Of a stretch of 64,000 nucleotides of DNA, positions 60,452-64,000 are shown one piece after another. The notes below the pieces were generated by a model that saw only the letters and a program-made list of their open reading frames with translations, was not told the DNA's origin and made no database searches. Numbering within the stretch: position 1 is the stretch's first letter; each line of letters starts with the position of its first letter. A program made the translations under genes and the position numbers. Origin of the DNA: Okamejei kenojei (lineage: Eukaryota); assembly GCA_035221665.1 (NCBI GenBank), contig CM069142.1, positions 7,254,001 through 7,318,000 of the forward strand, given 5' to 3'.

Positions 60452-63400
60452 AACTTTAATATTATTGTATAATATGCTGTAAGTCTGTAACAGATAGTTG
60501 AATAAATTACAATTTCTAGCAATAGACCAAGTCTTTATGAAGATCAGTTGCTAGCTGGTACATTGGCATATCATAATCAGTAGCATCATCATACTCCTCA
60601 GATTGTAACCAATAAGCAACTCTGTACACCTTGTTTTTCCTCAACCTTTCAATGTTGGCATTGTAAATTACAAGTTTTTGCTCTTCAAACCACGTATGAC
60701 GTGCCTTTCTGCCCACTACTTTCCCATTAAGATTGTCCTGTAGATTCCATTTTTTAAGAAATGAATAATTTTTTTAAATAGCCTAAGTATCCAAATAACA
60801 AACTAATCCCATTCCCACAAGAATTCACAATATAACATGATTTTTAAATCTCACTGTCATGAATTTATATGCCAGATGGAAGGAATTTAATGTTTAATTC
60901 CCATAAATTATTCTAGAAACATCCACTCAATATAATCAAAATTATTATTTTTTGCTCAATACATGTGACTCAAACTGTTGTGAATATTTAGTTTATAAAT
61001 AATGATCATGGAGAGAGAACAACACAAAATATAGACAATTTAGACGGCTTATGACATAATTGTCCAAAAAAAAGAGCATTTTAATCATCTTGCAAGTGGG
61101 TTTTTCAGGAATGTGATCAATTGGAACGTTACATTTGTGGTGAATTTGAACCCCATATCGGCAGAAAAAACACTGCCGATTCGTATGGGGCACAAATAAC
61201 ATTTTTGCAACGTAAAATTAGATTAAAGCCATCCCAAGAAGCAAGAATATATATGTAAAATACACTTACCCTTTGTTTTGTCCCGTTCTTGCGATCCGTC
61301 ACTTTGTAGGAGTTGAGGGCCTTAGAAGTCGCGTTTTATTTTAATCCGATTATTAAATTGTCTAGCGATTTTTTAAAAAATATACCCGGAACGGAAGTCC
61401 GATTGATTTTTCTTCATCAGCTAGCAGCCCGAGCAAATCCCGCCTCCCGCCCGCCACAAAGGCGCCAAAGTTGCGCACATGCCCAGTGGCAGAACTGCAG
61501 CGCCACTGAAGGTAAGTATTGTAACACCGCAAGACAAGGGGTCCCCGGGGATATTTTGCTTAGGTTTCCATTTTTACATACCAATTGTTTAATATTATAA
61601 TGGCGAACCATATTCTCTCTCTTTTTTTAATACAATCTTTACGTTTCCATGGATCCAAATAACACATAAATGCTGTAATGAAGCTCCAACATATATCGAA
61701 GCTTGCACATGTACTGAAGCTCCCACATGAATCTTATCCCGAGCCAGGCACGTGCCATGAGTAATTACTCAGGGTAGCCAGTCAGCCGGCTTTTTAAAAA
61801 AATCTTAAACCGCGCATGCGCAGATTGTTAACATGTGAAGGTCTGTGCAGCCCACGTGCCGTCAGCGCTGCCTGAGCCGTCATTTTCAAGGGGAGCTGAA
61901 GGCAGCAGAAATTCTGCCTTTGCAGTACTGCGCAGGTGCAGCGGCCTGATGCGCATGCCCAGCGCGAGTTTCTTGGCGGGATTTTCAAATATGGATTGGC
62001 ATTATTTTAATAGTATCTTAGGAAACAAAGAGAGAAGAATGGACTTAATGTACCAATAACGTGGTAAGTGCATTTCTTAGTCCTTAATTTTTATAAATAC
62101 TGTATTTCCCGAGGTGGGGGGAGAGCTCCATTCACAGTGTTTGGGGAATCTAGCATTGTGAAGGAGGGGATTGGGGTCAGTAACCCACTTGCCACGCTCC
62201 GGTCTGAGTGCAGGTAGATGGGACTAGGTGAGAGTTAGTGTTCAGCACGGAGTAAAAGGGCGGAGATGGCCTGTTTCCGTGCTGTAATTGCTATATGGTT
62301 TTATTGTGGCCGGGGAGTGAATTAGCTTGGGTGGCTGCCGCAGCGCTCCGCGCACGGACAGCCCTGGCCGCCACTTCCGAGGAAGGAAGCAGCTCGGGTG
62401 ACTGCCGGTGGCCGCCGGGACCCTGCCACTTCAGCCACTTCAGCCCCTTCTGCTGGTCCCCACTCACCGCTGGCAGTGCTCTCCGTCTGAACATCTCTCA
62501 CCTGCCGCTCGCCGGCCGGCTTCCCGCAAATCTTTAAATTCCGACAGCGCGTTCACGGGACCAGTTGAGGTTACTTGGCTGTGGGAATTTAAGGATTTGC
62601 GGGACGTGTGAGGCTACAATCAGGACTGCTTTGAATCAGGTTTTGTGTTCGTGTTATAGACACAAGATAAGACACATCCCCCTGTTCCACTTTGCAAGCG
62701 GTCACAGTCAGAGAGTCATCTTTAGTCAGAGGGTGGTGAATCTGCAGATTTCATTGCCCCAGACGGCACAAAGAGGCCAAGTCAATGGGTATTATTAAAG
62801 TGGAGATTGACAGGTTCTTGATTAGTACGGGTGTCAGGGGCTATGGGGAGAAAGCAGGAGAATGGGGTTGAGAGGGAAGCATAGATCAGCCATGATTGAA
62901 TGGCGGAGTAGACTCGATGGGCCGAATGGCCTAATTCTGCTCCGATGATTTATGAATTTATGAACTTATGTCATAGAACTGTACAGCATGGAATCAGGCC
63001 CTTTGGCCCATCTTGTCCAAGTCATCCATGTTGACACACTGGGCCAGTCCCACTTGCCTGCATTTGGCCCATATCCCTCTAAACCCTTTCTTATCCATAT
63101 CTCCATGGTGCATTTCATAGTAGATTTATATCATAACCATATAATATTGGGCAACATGGAGGCGCAGCGGTAGAGTTGCTGCCTTACAGTGCCTGCAATG
63201 CCAGTGACCCGCGTTAGATCCCAACTGCGGGTGCTGTCTTTACAGAGTTTGTATGTTCTCCCCGTGACCGCATGGGTTTCCTACGAGATCTCCCACACTA
63301 GGTGTGAGCGTGGTTGTGAGTGTGTGGGGGTGAGTATGAGACTCGGTGTGGGTGTGTGTGTGAGACTGGATATGAGTGTAGGTGTGAGTATGAGACTGGA

Positions 63401-64000
63401 TGTGAGTGTAGTGTGCATGTGCATGGAGTGTAAGTGTGAGTCTGGATGTGAGTGTGAGCGTGGGTGTGGGCGTGAGTGGCCGTGAGTGTGAGTATGTGTA
63501 TGTGTGTGCAGTGTGTGTGTGTGTGTGGGTGCATAGTTATACCTGTACATAGATACATAGACAATAGGTGCAGGAGGAGGCCATTCGGCCCTTCGGGCCA
63601 GCACCGCCATTCAATGTGATCATGGCTGATCATCCACAAAGTACCCCGTTCCTGCCTTCTCCCGACCTCCCTTGACCTCTATCTAACTCTCTTTTGAATG
63701 CCTCGACTGCCTTCTGAGGCAGAGAATTCCACACATCCACAACTCTCCATGTGAAAATGTTTTTCCTCATCTCAGTTCTAAATGGCCTATCCCTTATTCT
63801 TAAACTGTGGTCACTGGTTCTGGACTCCCCCAACATCGGGAACATGTTTCCTGCATCGAGTGTGTCCAATCCCTTAATAATTTTATATGTTACTCTAAGA
63901 TCCCCTCTCATCTTTCTAAATTCCAGTGAATACACACCCAGTCACTCCATTCTTTCATCATATGACAGTCCCGCCATCCTGAGAATTAACCTCATGAACC

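Larger units (their letters stand above)
56406..61531. mobile_element. hAT-like element, duplicate of 32871-42755 lacking the DIRS
   Basis: TSD AGACAAGG at 56398-56405 and 61532-61539. Confidence 0.82.
53560..64000 (+). repeat. Segmental duplication, copy 2 (runs off the window)
   Basis: Matches 30040-33030 plus 37812-45208. Confidence 0.97.

Overview
This is repeat-rich vertebrate genomic DNA. The CR1/L1/Rex1/RTE/Tc1/DIRS/tRNA-SINE repertoire suggests a cartilaginous fish such as a skate or ray (inference). There are two assembly gaps. Most of the window is transposon-derived. Two immunoglobulin-superfamily genes lie head-to-head, with start codons about 42.7 kb apart. On the minus strand is a leader exon (3452-3515) plus a germline-joined VJ-type IgV exon (265-624) resembling TMIGD2/CD28H of the CD28 family; this gene continues off the left edge. 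On the plus strand is a leader exon (46181-46238) plus an IgV exon (47835-48218) resembling B7-family HHLA2/B7-H7, the known ligand of TMIGD2. A probable degenerate HHLA2-like IgC-IgV2 relic lies between them (about 7700-8460, minus). The B7-like gene is cut after its V exon by a DIRS element whose end coincides with the breakpoint of a recent tandem segmental duplication (30040-45208 recurs at 53560-64000+), so a second B7-like copy is predicted just beyond the window. Other notable structures are two DIRS elements with complete ITR/ICR termini (one with an empty paralogous site), multi-level nested insertions with intact TSDs, a ~260-bp duplication flanking an L1, and a full-length Tc1 transposase ORF with its catalytic Glu replaced by Lys. 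Family assignments rest on remembered motifs, not database searches.
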